From Actinomycetes bacterium (GTDB taxonomy: Bacteria > Actinomycetota > Acidimicrobiia > IMCC26256 > PALSA-610): a stretch of DNA of 56,682 bases. The position numbers and the translations under genes were made by a program. The notes below the pieces were generated by a model, which was not told where the DNA came from, ran no database searches, and saw only the letters and a list, made by a program, of their open reading frames with translations. Below, in pieces: positions 13,621-23,125 of the stretch; the first letter of the stretch is position 1; every line of letters begins with the position of its first letter. Location: contig JAODBI010000049.1 of the NCBI GenBank assembly GCA_025463875.1, positions 1 to 56,682 of the forward strand, in the 5' to 3' direction.

Positions 13621-14897
13621 GTGCGCTGCGCGCCGCGACCCGCGAGACATTCCGCTCGTTCCACATCCGCAACTTCCGCCTGTTCTTCGGCGGTCAGCTG
13701 ATCTCCCAGATCGGCAACTGGCTCACCCTCATCGCGCAGACGCTCCTGGTCCTGAAGCTGACCGACAGCGGGATCGCGCTCGGAGCCCTGGCCGCCGCGC
13801 AGTTCGGCCCGGTCCTGTTGCTCGGGTCATGGGCCGGACTCGTCGCCGACCGTTCCGACAAGCGCAAGCTCTTGTTGATCGTGCAGACGATCGCGATGGC
13901 GCAGTCGTTCGCCCTGGCCGCGCTTGCGTTCACCGGTCATCCTCCCGTTCTCGCGATCTATGCGGTCGCGATCGTCGGCGGCATCACGATCGCGTTCGAC
14001 AATCCGGCGCGGCGGGCGTTCGTGGTCGAGATGGTCCCCGAAGACGACATGCAGAACGCGGTCAGCCTCAACAGCGCACTCATGACGGGGTCGCGCGTCG
14101 TGGGTCCGGTCATCGCGGGGCTCCTGGTCGTGAACGTCGGTTTCGGCTGGTGCTTCCTCGTCGACGCGTTCTCCTATGTTGCGGTGCTTGCCGGACTGTG
14201 GTTGATGCGCTCCGAGGAACTGCGACCGGCGCCCGTCACGCGCAAGGGCAAGGGCCAGATCCGTGATGGCCTGCGCTACGCCCGCAGTGTGCCCGAGCTC
14301 TGGGTGCCGCTCGTGATGATGGCGGCCGTCGGCACGCTCTCCTACAACTTCCAGACGGTCTTCCCGCTGTTCAACGAACGGGATCTGCACGGCTCCACGA
14401 CCACGTACACGTGGCTGTTCGCGGTCGTCAGCGTCGGCGCGCTGATCGGCGCACTCCGAGTCGCGCGGCGGCACACCACGAGTATCCGGAGTGTCGCGCT
14501 GTCGTCGCTCGGCTACGGCGCCGCGATGACCGTCATGGCCGTCGCCCCGAACCGATGGATCGCATACGCCGTCGGCCTCTTTCTCGGCGTCACGAGCATC
14601 GCGTTCCTCACGTCATCGACCGCGATCGTGCAGATGCGATCCGCGCCGGAGATGCGGGGCCGGGTCCTCGCGTTGCAGGCGATGTTGTTCCTCTGAAGCA
14701 CACCGATCGGCGGCCCGATCGTCGGCTGGATCGCCCAGCAGTTCGGCGCGCGCTACGCGATCGGAGTCGGCGCCGTCGCGGCATTCGGTGCGGGAGTCTG
14801 GGGCCTCGCCAAGGTTCGCCACGCCGCAGTCGAAGACGCACCGGACACGGGCATCGTCGAGGCGGACATCGCCGCCGTCGACGTCGCCGCGACTTAG
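13617..14897 (+). pseudogene. MFS transporter (DHA3/EntS-like) with in-frame TGA at 14694..14696
   Basis: RNFRLFFGGQLISQIGNW, ADRSDKRKLL, MRGRVLAL. After the TGA the same frame continues STPIGGPIVGWIAQQFGARYAIG to TAG 14897. The expected residue at the stop is Gly (FLGSTPIG). Confidence 0.85.
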
Positions 14898-15085
14898 TTG
14901 TCGAAACGGATGCGGCCCTCGACGACCGCGATCGCGAGGTCGCCGAGACTGCAGCGCTCGGTGTCGGCGCGCTCGATCATGAGGTCGGTCGCCTCGTCGA
15001 ACGAGCAGCGCGCCTGTACGGCGACGCGCTCGGCGGCGCGGGCAAACCCTCCGAGGTAGTAAGTGGCGGTCAGGTCGTCGGTCAC
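14894..15085 (-). CDS. Small stand-alone ANTAR-like protein (63 aa)
   Basis: GTG overlaps the STAS stop. AAERVAVQARCSFDEATDLMIERA...SLGDLAIAVVEG fits the ANTAR three-helix pattern, in degenerate form. Confidence 0.6.
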   Translation of the reverse strand: MTDDLTATYYLGGFARAAERVAVQARCSFDEATDLMIERADTERCSLGDLAIAVVEGRIRFDN

Positions 15086-15441
15086 GATGCACCTTCCACG
15101 ACGAGTCGGTCGGTCAGCCCGAGCAGGTCGAACACGAGCAGTACGTTCGGTCGGGGCCCATGCACGCCCAGTGTCGTTCCGAGGCTCTCCGCGTCTCGCT
15201 GCGCTGCCAAAAGGCATTGCACGCCCGACGAGTCGATGAACGTCACGTCGGCAAAGTCGGCGACAACCGACGAGCCCGAACCGCCGGCCGCGTCGCGGAG
15301 CGTCGCGTACAGCACGGGCGCGGTGGCAATGTCGACCTCGCCTTCCACACTCACGACGACCCGGTCGGTCTCTCTGCGAATCGCGCAGGAGAAGTCGGGC
15401 GCCGGCGGGATCGGCTCATCGGATTCGATACCAGGCGCCAC
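15082..15441 (-). CDS. STAS-domain anti-sigma factor antagonist
   Basis: VEGEVDIATAP...VVADFADVTFIDSSG, including the phosphorylatable Ser motif. Confidence 0.92.
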   Translation of the reverse strand: MAPGIESDEPIPPAPDFSCAIRRETDRVVVSVEGEVDIATAPVLYATLRDAAGGSGSSVVADFADVTFIDSSGVQCLLAAQRDAESLGTTLGVHGPRPNVLLVFDLLGLTDRLVVEGAS

Positions 15442-15663
15442 GTCACCTCCCTGTCCACACGGGCAGAGGTGACGGCTGCTGGTTGAACCGTCTCGCTTCG
15501 GAAATTGCTCACCCGAAGGCTATGAGTCCGAGGGGCGTCACTACAAGGGGCGCGTCTCGTTCGGAAACCGGTTCGAGCCTCGAAACCGGTACAGTGCGCG
15601 CAGTCCGGAGTCGGCCCACCTTGAAACACCAGGGACTCGACCTGCCTCCGAGGAGAGGCAGTC

Positions 15664-16392
15664 GTGGATCATTATCCCGATGGTTTCGCAGCGCTCGTCG
15701 TCGCGCTCAACACGTCGATGGTCGATGAAGAAGATCTCGACCAGACGCTACGCAGAGTGGCCTTCATCGCGTGCCAGAGCCCGATCGGGGCGGACAACGC
15801 CGGAGTGACGCTCCAACGGGGGAATGCCGCCGCGACCGCGGCATTCCACGGCGACGCCGCGCTCCCCCTCGACCAGGCGCAGTACGAAGCCGAGGACGGA
15901 CCGTGCCTCAGCGCGTTTCGCACCGGCGAGATCGTGCGGGTCGAACACATCGCCGACGTCGCGGCGCGTTGGCCGAAGTTCGTCGCGGCCGCGGCCGAAG
16001 CGGGGATCGTCAGCTCGCTCTCGCTCCCCCTCGTGCTGAAGAAGGAGGTGGTCGGCGCATTGAACCTCTACGCATCACGAGACTTGAGCTTCACCGACGC
16101 AAGTGTGCACCTGGCCCGGCTGTTTGCCGAACAGGCGGCGCTCGCGGTCACGAACGCCGAGGTCTACTGGAAGACCTACACGCTCACCCAGAACCTCACG
16201 CTCGCACTCGAGAACCGTGAGCGGATCGGGCAGGCCAAAGGGATCCTCGCCACTCGCCTCGGCATCACGATGGACGACGCCTTCGACCGACTCCGGCGCA
16301 CATCGCAGAACCTGAACATCAAGCTGCGCGACATCGCCGACCACGTCGTCCGCACCGGAGACCTTCCCACTCCCCCGGTTCCGCCGGGCTGA
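15664..16392 (+). CDS. GAF and ANTAR domain RNA-binding regulator
   Basis: GAF: LDQAQYEAEDGPC, RWPKF, SLSLPL, GALNLY. ANTAR: RERIGQAKGILA...AFDRLRRTSQNLNIKLRDIADHVV. Confidence 0.93.
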   Translation: MDHYPDGFAALVVALNTSMVDEEDLDQTLRRVAFIACQSPIGADNAGVTLQRGNAAATAAFHGDAALPLDQAQYEAEDGPCLSAFRTGEIVRVEHIADVAARWPKFVAAAAEAGIVSSLSLPLVLKKEVVGALNLYASRDLSFTDASVHLARLFAEQAALAVTNAEVYWKTYTLTQNLTLALENRERIGQAKGILATRLGITMDDAFDRLRRTSQNLNIKLRDIADHVVRTGDLPTPPVPPG

Positions 16393-16409
16393 AGTTGCCC
16401 GGTCGCGAT

Positions 16410-16868
16410 TCATGTTTGGGGGAAGTTCGCGAGCACAACATCGCGCAGACGCTTGAGCGACGCGTCGTTCCGTACTGCGATTCCGGGATCCACGACGGGT
16501 GTGAGGGCCCGCAACACCGGACTCGTCGGTATCTCCTCCATCGAGAGCTCGGTGCGGTCCGTCTCCCCAGTAGGCAAGGAGACGGGCTGCAAAGTGAAGC
16601 GCACGCCCGCTCGCCCGAAGGGCCGGGCCCGTGCATTGAGCTCCAGACAATTGGGGGGCGACAAGCTCGAGACCCGTGTGGAGTCGGCGAGCTTGATCGG
16701 CCCGAACCCGACGACGTGATGGAACGCCGAGCCCGGCTCCGGCCACGAGTCGTCGACCGATCGGATGCGCCGCGCGCCGACCAGCCAGTCGGGATAGGTG
16801 TACGGATCGAGCAGCAGCGAAAAGATGCTCTTCCCCGTCGCTTCGATCACGATCCGCTGTACCGACAC
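16410..16868 (-). CDS. SRPBCC (polyketide cyclase/START-like) family protein
   Basis: LLDPYTYPDWLVGARRIRSVDDSWPEPGSAFHHVVG...RNDASLKRL pattern. Confidence 0.8.
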   Translation of the reverse strand: MSVQRIVIEATGKSIFSLLLDPYTYPDWLVGARRIRSVDDSWPEPGSAFHHVVGFGPIKLADSTRVSSLSPPNCLELNARARPFGRAGVRFTLQPVSLPTGETDRTELSMEEIPTSPVLRALTPVVDPGIAVRNDASLKRLRDVVLANFPQT

Positions 16869-16974
16869 GGCTGTCCCGTCCTCGCTCGAGAGTCTCGACC
16901 CTCCTACCCGCCCGCGCCGAGCTGTCCCACCTAAGCCGCGCGGGACGCTTCACGCTGCGTCAGAATCGCGATGC

Positions 16975-17793
16975 ATGACAGACGAGGATCCCGGTAGTGG
17001 CGGTGCGAGCGAGCCCGACAACGCCGACGACGCTTTCGGCGCGGTGCCGGCCGACGATCTCGGCGGCCTGCTGAGGAACCTGCAGCGACTGGTCGACCCC
17101 CGCACCGCGGTACGCGCCGCGCAGGGATCGGTCGGCGCGGCCTGGCGCAGCGTGACGAACGAAGAGCCGCGGGTGCAGGTAACGGTCGCGGTGCTGGTCG
17201 CGATCGGTCTGACGATCCTGTTGCCGGCGCGGGTCGCGACCCATCCACTGTGGGTCCTGCCCGGGCTGGCAGTCGTGCTGCTCATCGGGGTGTTCGTCGC
17301 CAAGGCGGCGCGTTCGGCGCGCCGCACGAGCGAGTTGCGGATCGTGAGCCTCCTCCTCATCGCGGTGATGACCGTGTCGAACGCGACGTCGGCGGGCCGC
17401 CTCATCGTCGACCTCGTGCGCCGCGAGGGAATCCGAGAGCCGACGCAACTCCTCCTGACCGGCGCTTCGATCTGGTTCACGAACGTGATCGTGTTCGGCA
17501 TCTGGTACTGGGAATTCGACCGCGGCGGTCCGGTCGAGCGGGCCGCCGCGACCCGGCCGTACCCCGACTTCCTGTTCCCCCAGATGACCAGCCCCGAGCT
17601 CGCGCCGCCCGACTGGGAGCCGGGCTTCATCGACTACCTCTACGTTTCCTTCACGAACGCGACCGCGTTCAGCCCGACCGACGTGCTGCCCATGACCCGC
17701 TGGACGAAGCTCACCATGCTGGCGCAGTCCGCGATCTCGGTGGTTACCGTCGCACTCGTCATCGCGCGAGCCGTCAACATCCTGCAGCCGTGA
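16975..17793 (+). CDS. DUF1345-like integral membrane protein
   Basis: Several hydrophobic helices; WYWEFDRGGP, DFLFPQ, DYLYVSFTNATAFSPTD, ARAVNIL. Confidence 0.8.
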   Translation: MTDEDPGSGGASEPDNADDAFGAVPADDLGGLLRNLQRLVDPRTAVRAAQGSVGAAWRSVTNEEPRVQVTVAVLVAIGLTILLPARVATHPLWVLPGLAVVLLIGVFVAKAARSARRTSELRIVSLLLIAVMTVSNATSAGRLIVDLVRREGIREPTQLLLTGASIWFTNVIVFGIWYWEFDRGGPVERAAATRPYPDFLFPQMTSPELAPPDWEPGFIDYLYVSFTNATAFSPTDVLPMTRWTKLTMLAQSAISVVTVALVIARAVNILQP

Positions 17794-18455
17794 AGTCGGA
17801 CATCACCGCACCCCCGCGCGTTGTCTCCGTCAACGTCGGAAAGCCCCGGACCGTGACGTGGGCCGGGCGACGGGTCACGAGCGCGATCTGGAAGACGCCG
17901 GTCACCGGTCGCACACGCGTCGAGGGCGTCAACCTCGCGGGCGACGATCAAGCCGATCGGCGAGTCCACGGCGGTCGCGACAAGGCCGTGTACGCGTATG
18001 CGACCGAGGACTACATGTGGTGGTCGAGCAAGCTCGACACCGACCTCGGACCCGGAGCCTTCGGCGACAACCTCACCACCGAGCGCATCGACCTCCAGGC
18101 CGAAGTGGTCGGCCGGAGGTGGCACGTCGGTTCCGCCGTCCTCGAGGTCGCGCAGCCGAGACAGCCCTGTTACAAGCTCGGCATGCGGATGGGTGATGCC
18201 GCCTTCGTCGACCGCTTCGACGAAAGCCGACGGTTCGGTGCATACCTGCGCATCGTCGACGCGGGCGAGATCGGTGCGGGCGACGAGGTCGTCACCGGCG
18301 TTCCGCCCGCGCACGGCCTGACACTTGCCGAGCTCGCTGGTCTGCAACGCAATGCTCCCCGCGCGTTGCTCGAACGCATCGCGTCGATCGACGACGTGCC
18401 GCAGGGTTGGCGCGAGTGGGCTCGCCGCCAACTCGGCCGACGCGCCCACCCCTGA
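17790..18455 (+). CDS. MOSC domain protein (YiiM-like)
   Basis: NLAGDDQADRRVHGGRDKAVYAY, PGAFGDNLTT, QPRQPCYKL. GTG overlaps the upstream stop. Confidence 0.9.
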   Translation: MKSDITAPPRVVSVNVGKPRTVTWAGRRVTSAIWKTPVTGRTRVEGVNLAGDDQADRRVHGGRDKAVYAYATEDYMWWSSKLDTDLGPGAFGDNLTTERIDLQAEVVGRRWHVGSAVLEVAQPRQPCYKLGMRMGDAAFVDRFDESRRFGAYLRIVDAGEIGAGDEVVTGVPPAHGLTLAELAGLQRNAPRALLERIASIDDVPQGWREWARRQLGRRAHP

Positions 18456-18467
18456 ACTACTACGGCG

Positions 18468-19328
18468 CTATACGCCGGCCGCGGTCACGACCGCGTCCGT
18501 GGCGAACCCGGCGATGATGCCGATGAGGATGCCGTACGCGAGGAGGTCCATCCGTTTGCTGCGCGCGCCGAGACCGATCAGCTGGACAACGACGTAGAGG
18601 ATCGAGCCGGCCGCCAGCGTGAGGAACACGACCGAAAGCGCCTCCGACGTGAACGCGTGACCGACGGCGGTTCCGATGAAGGTGGGCCCGCCGCCGATTG
18701 CACCGAGCGCCAGCAGGAATCCCCAACTCGGCAGGACTCGCTCACCGTTGGAGTCGGTCTCACCGGTGAGCGGCGCGACGATGCCGAAACCTTCGGTCGC
18801 GTTGTGGAGGGCGAAGCCGATCACGAGCAGCGTCGCGAGCGCGATCTCGTCCGACGCGGCGGCCTGACCGATCGCGAGACCTTCGGCGAAGTTGTGCAAG
18901 CCGATACCGACCGCGATGAGCAGCGCAAGCTGGCGGCCGGGCGACCAGGCCGCGAGCCCGCGGGGAGGCGATGCCGGTCGGGGGGCGACCGGGGCGTCGT
19001 CGGGCGCACCCGTCACCCGCGCCATCCAGCGCTCGTACGCCACCAGCGAAAGCAGGCCGACGGCCAGCCCGCCGATGAACAGCGCGCCATATCCGGTCGC
19101 ACTCGCCAGGCCGCCGTTGCCGGTATGGAACTCGGAGAGGGCGGTGTCGATCGGTTCCCACGCCGCGGACAGCACGTCCCAGACGAGGAACACGAGGATG
19201 CCGACCGCGATCGCGTTCAGGAGTACACGCATCGACGCAGCCGGGTGCCTGAGCCGGCCGAGCGGCAGGCCCAGCAGGATCGTCACCCCGGCGATGAAGC
19301 CCAGCAACAGCGTCTTTCCCAGACCCAC
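18468..19328 (-). CDS. ZIP family divalent metal transporter
   Basis: Twin motifs GIGLHNFAEGLAIG and GFALHNATEGFGI; about 8 hydrophobic segments. Confidence 0.92.
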   Translation of the reverse strand: MGLGKTLLLGFIAGVTILLGLPLGRLRHPAASMRVLLNAIAVGILVFLVWDVLSAAWEPIDTALSEFHTGNGGLASATGYGALFIGGLAVGLLSLVAYERWMARVTGAPDDAPVAPRPASPPRGLAAWSPGRQLALLIAVGIGLHNFAEGLAIGQAAASDEIALATLLVIGFALHNATEGFGIVAPLTGETDSNGERVLPSWGFLLALGAIGGGPTFIGTAVGHAFTSEALSVVFLTLAAGSILYVVVQLIGLGARSKRMDLLAYGILIGIIAGFATDAVVTAAGV

Positions 19329-19344
19329 GTCCGCTCCCCTCGAC

Positions 19345-19363
19345 TAAGGACAGCCTTACCTTA
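19345..19363. promoter_or_regulatory. DtxR/IdeR-type metal-responsive operator upstream of the ZIP gene
   Basis: TAAGGACAGCCTTACCTTA matches TWAGGTWAGSCTWACCTWA at 17 of 19 positions, 16 nt upstream of the ZIP start codon. Confidence 0.8.
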
Positions 19364-19748
19364 GTTACTAGGAGAAGGGTGGGCCAGCCGCGCGCCGCCC
19401 GACCGACCACCGAGGTGCTGACCGCAGGGTCAGACGCCGATCAGTCAAATGCCTCGGGGCAGTGCTCGTCGCCGACACGGGCGACGCGCTCGAAGCCGTG
19501 CTCGAGCCGGACATGACGTTCGACGAAGATCGCGACGAGTCGGCTCGGCACGAGCGCGAGATCCGCGATCACGTCTCGTTCAACTACGCGATGTCATAAC
19601 CGCGGGATAGTCGATGTCGACGTCGCTCGCGCGAATGGCCGCAGGTGGTGCTCGGTCAACAGCGCGACCCGCTCAGGATGCACGAACTCGGGCGGCAACC
19701 AAGCACCTCGTTCCACCGCGGGAACCTCGTCATCGAGGTCGCGTTCGG

Positions 19749-19773
19749 GTTCATCACCAATGACACCGGGTAG
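19749..19773 (+). promoter_or_regulatory. Putative SigF/SigB-type promoter of the hemerythrin gene
   Basis: GTTC-N15-GGGTAG, followed by an AAGGAG RBS and GTG 19812. Confidence 0.55.
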
Positions 19774-19811
19774 AAATCATCTTCGCCCGAAGACCGAACA
19801 AGGAGCGACGT

Positions 19812-20225
19812 GTGAATGGGTTCGAGGTCCTCCACGCACAACATCGCGAAGTCGAAGCGCTCTTCGGCCAGTATGCCGCCAACCCGGACGACGTGATCGC
19901 CCGCCAGGTTCGGGAGAAACTCACGCGTCACACCGAGCTCGAGGAACGGGCGCTCTACCCCGAGCTGCGGCGCCTCGTCGACAACGGCGACGACTTCGCC
20001 GACGAAGCGGAGGCCGAGCACGCGCTCGCGCAGACGATCATCGCCCGCATGTACGACTCGCCGCCGGAGGATCTGCGGCCGCTGATGCAGGAGCTGGAGC
20101 GCATCGTGACGGCGCACGTGCGCACCGAGGAGGAGCAGCTCTTTCCGGTCATGATCGAATCGGGCGTCGACGCCGAGAAGCTCGCGTCGAAGCTCGACGC
20201 CGAGGCCGGCGTCGCCCGCGAGTGA
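19812..20225 (+). CDS. Hemerythrin/HHE domain protein
   Basis: LHAQHREVEALF, HTELEERALYP, EAEH, HVRTEEEQLFP. Confidence 0.9.
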   Translation: MNGFEVLHAQHREVEALFGQYAANPDDVIARQVREKLTRHTELEERALYPELRRLVDNGDDFADEAEAEHALAQTIIARMYDSPPEDLRPLMQELERIVTAHVRTEEEQLFPVMIESGVDAEKLASKLDAEAGVARE

Positions 20226-20244
20226 CCCGCGTCCCCGAGTGCCC

Positions 20245-20362
20245 GTCGCTTTTGTTGCAAACAGTGAGCAACAAATCGGACGCTGAGCGGTCGCTTTTGT
20301 TGCAAACAGTTTGCAACGAATCAGACCACGGGCGGTCGCTTTTGTTGCAAACAGTTTGCAAC
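20245..20362. repeat. Three 28-bp palindromic repeats at 45-bp period between convergent genes
   Basis: GTCGCTTTTGTTGCAAACAGTTTGCAAC at 20245 (2 mismatches), 20290 and 20335. Internal palindrome GTTGCAAAC-A-GTTTGCAAC. Confidence 0.92.
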
Positions 20363-20364
20363 GT

Positions 20365-21396
20365 TTAGATGGTGAGCTCGCTCTTGGTGCGGCCCTTGCT
20401 CGACCAGTAGGAGTCGGTGCGGCCGAGCCGGAACTGCGCGGGCTTGTCGTCGTCGGCGAGGACATCGGTCTCGAGCCACAGGCGCTTCAGGTGGCGGACG
20501 CGACCATTCGCCCGGTCGTCCTCGTACGCGTCGCGCGCGTGAAGGACGTGGTAGTTGTTCACGAATTGCATGTCGCCGGGTTGCATCGTCATCGACACGT
20601 GATACTGCGGATCGGCGCACATCGCGTCGACCCGATGCATCGCCTCGCGCGCCGCGTCCGAAACGCGTGGTGCGTCGTCGTGCCGGCGCGTCGACTCGAT
20701 GTACGGGCGGATGTACCGCGCGAACAACCGGTCGCCGTGCCGGCTGAAGACGGGCATCGTGTACCAGCCCTTGGCTCCCGGCGGCTGCTCGCCCCGCAGG
20801 TCGTAGGGAAACGGCGCGTACAACTCGGCCGCGAGCTCGGGCTCGGTACGGACCAACTCGTTGTGGATGGTCACGACGTTGGCGACCAGACTCGCGCCTC
20901 CACCCGCGCCCGCGTCGAGGCAGAACAACCCGACGAGATCCGAGCCGTCGGAGTGGAACGGAAACGCGATACCGCCGATCTCGTTGCCCCGCGAGGTCGG
21001 GTCGGTTGCCGCACGGCCCTGGTCGGTCACGTCACCGAGCAGGTGCCCCTTCGCGTTCTGGGGCCACGGCTGTCCGAGGTGCATGCCGACGCCCCAGTAG
21101 ATCGACGAGGCGCGTTGCTTGCCGTAGAGCTCGACGGGCACACCCCGGATGAGCACCACCCCGCGCCCGTCGATGAGCTCGCGTGCCACGGCCGCGAGCT
21201 CGGCGCCCAGCGTCGGGAGGGGGAATGCGTCGCGCGTGATGTCGAGCACGTCGTCGCAGGTCGCCTCCGCGTGCACGAGGGCGCGATCCAGCTCCTCGAG
21301 GTGCGCGCCAGTGAGCTCGAACACGTACCCGTCGCCGAGCTCGTCAGTTCGCCACGCGCAGCCGGGCTCGAGCGGCGTCAGATCGGATGCGTTCAT
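20365..21396 (-). CDS. TauD/TfdA family Fe(II)/2-oxoglutarate dioxygenase
   Basis: HxD motif FHSDGSD, distal NNYHVLHAR, RHLKRLWL. Confidence 0.9.
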   Translation of the reverse strand: MNASDLTPLEPGCAWRTDELGDGYVFELTGAHLEELDRALVHAEATCDDVLDITRDAFPLPTLGAELAAVARELIDGRGVVLIRGVPVELYGKQRASSIYWGVGMHLGQPWPQNAKGHLLGDVTDQGRAATDPTSRGNEIGGIAFPFHSDGSDLVGLFCLDAGAGGGASLVANVVTIHNELVRTEPELAAELYAPFPYDLRGEQPPGAKGWYTMPVFSRHGDRLFARYIRPYIESTRRHDDAPRVSDAAREAMHRVDAMCADPQYHVSMTMQPGDMQFVNNYHVLHARDAYEDDRANGRVRHLKRLWLETDVLADDDKPAQFRLGRTDSYWSSKGRTKSELTI

Positions 21397-21400
21397 CGCG

Positions 21401-23125
21401 TTATCCCTTCGTCGGCGCGGGCTGCGGCCCGCGGACGAGCCGGCCCGGCAGCGGACCGCACGCTTCGCCGTTCCCGTACGTGACGGCCCCGGCCACGATC
21501 GTCGCGGCATAGCCCTCGGCGGCCTGCACCAGCCGCCGCCCACCGGCGGGAAGATCGTGACGCATCACCGGGCGCCGCGCCGTCAGCCGGTCGAAGTCGA
21601 TGACGTTGAGATCGGCGCGGTAACCCGGCGCGATCACGCCGCGGTCGAGGAGGCCGACCGTTCGCGCGGTATCGCGTGTGTGCCGTTGCACGGCGAACGG
21701 GAGATCGAGTCGTCCGGTGGCTCGGTCGCGCGTCCAGAGCGTCAGCAATGTCGTCGGGAAGCTCGCGTCGCAGATCGTCCCGACGTGCGCGCCGCCGTCG
21801 CCGAGTCCGACGACGGTGTTCGGATGGGCGAGCATCTCGCCGACCGCGTCGAGGTTGCCGTCGGCGTAGTTCAGCGACGGGAGGTAGAGGAACGAGTGGC
21901 CGCCGTCGCGCAGCAGGATGTCGTACGCGAGGTCGAGTACGCCGCGGTGCTCTCGTTCGGCGCGTCGCGCAATGCTCGTCGACGGGTCGGGCTCGTAGTC
22001 GGGTGGATCGCCGAGCTCGAACATCCGGTGGAACGCGTGGATGAGGCGACCGCCGACTTTCGACTCGTCACGCGGCGCGGCGTCGGCCGCGAGCACGCGC
22101 GCCTTGAACTCCGGATCGCTCAACGCGGCAACTCGCTCCGCGAGCGGAAGCGCGCTGATCTCGCGGTAGACGGGATTCGTGAGCAGCGGGTGCAGTGTGC
22201 ATTCCAGACCGAGGATCAGACCCACGGCGCGGGGGGCGACCTGACCGGTCATGGCCACGCCGTCGGCGTTGGCGTCGGTGAGGAGCTCGAGCTGGCGGCG
22301 GTAGCCGTCGCCGCGGACCTGGACGAGCGAGAACGACAGGGGCCGACCCGACTCCTCGGCCATCCGCCGGAAGATCGCGAACTCGGCGTCGACGTCGCCG
22401 AAGTCGGAGACCACCTGCAACACCCCTCGGCCGGTCTCGCCGATCGCGTTCGCGATGCCGACGAGCTCGTCCGCGTCCGCGGTGAGCGTCGGGGTGTATT
22501 CGCCGCGGCTGGTGCGATGGTTGAGGGTGCGGGACGTCGTGAATCCCAACGCGCCCGCGTCGATCGCGCCGCGCGCGGTCGCGGCCATGGTCGCGATATC
22601 TTCCGCGGAGGCCGCCTCGCGACGCGCGCCCCGCTCCCCCATCACGTGCAACCGCAACGCGCCGTGCGGAACCTGGACCGCGACGTCGACGTCGAACGAC
22701 CGCCCGCCGAGTGCGTCCAGGAACTCGGGGAACGACTGCCAGCTCCAGGTGAGGCCCTCGTGCAGCACCGTCCCGGGAATGTCCTCGACCCCCTCCATCA
22801 ACTCGATGAGCCGATCGTGATCGCGCGGGCGCACCGGCGCGAAGCCCACACCACAGTTGCCCGTCACGACGGTCGTCACGCCGTGCCACGAAGACGGGAT
22901 CATGCGCTCGCCCCACGACGCCTGACCGTCGTAGTGCGTGTGGATGTCGACGAAGCCGGGCGTGACGAGGAGACCGTCCGCGTCGATCGTGTGGGAAGCG
23001 GAACCGTCGACACGGCCCACCGCGGTGATGACACCGCCCGCGACGGCGACGTCGGCGGTCCGTGCCGCCGCACCGGTGCCGTCGACAACCGTGCCGCCCC
23101 GAATGACGAGATCGTGGTCAGTCAC
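21401..23125 (-). CDS. N-acyl-D-amino-acid deacylase family amidohydrolase
   Basis: IRGGTVVDGTG, PGFVDIHTHYD, GVTTVVTGNCG, DGGAH, GYRADLNVID. Confidence 0.9.
   Translation of the reverse strand: MTDHDLVIRGGTVVDGTGAAARTADVAVAGGVITAVGRVDGSASHTIDADGLLVTPGFVDIHTHYDGQASWGERMIPSSWHGVTTVVTGNCGVGFAPVRPRDHDRLIELMEGVEDIPGTVLHEGLTWSWQSFPEFLDALGGRSFDVDVAVQVPHGALRLHVMGERGARREAASAEDIATMAATARGAIDAGALGFTTSRTLNHRTSRGEYTPTLTADADELVGIANAIGETGRGVLQVVSDFGDVDAEFAIFRRMAEESGRPLSFSLVQVRGDGYRRQLELLTDANADGVAMTGQVAPRAVGLILGLECTLHPLLTNPVYREISALPLAERVAALSDPEFKARVLAADAAPRDESKVGGRLIHAFHRMFELGDPPDYEPDPSTSIARRAEREHRGVLDLAYDILLRDGGHSFLYLPSLNYADGNLDAVGEMLAHPNTVVGLGDGGAHVGTICDASFPTTLLTLWTRDRATGRLDLPFAVQRHTRDTARTVGLLDRGVIAPGYRADLNVIDFDRLTARRPVMRHDLPAGGRRLVQAAEGYAATIVAGAVTYGNGEACGPLPGRLVRGPQPAPTKG

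Noticed and set aside
14694-14696. Recoded TGA (Gly in genetic code 25, or selenocysteine)
   Set aside because: Many genes here clearly end in TGA. The position is a Gly in a transporter, not a catalytic Cys, and no SECIS is evident.
19440-19745. Possible degraded gene fragment (AVLVADTGDALEAVLEPDMTFDEDRDES...FNYAMS)
   Set aside because: It looks coding-like but is short, has no convincing start or RBS, and matches no family I recognise.
20245-20362. CRISPR array
   Set aside because: Only three units, the 17-bp spacers are too short and resemble each other, and there are no cas genes in the window.
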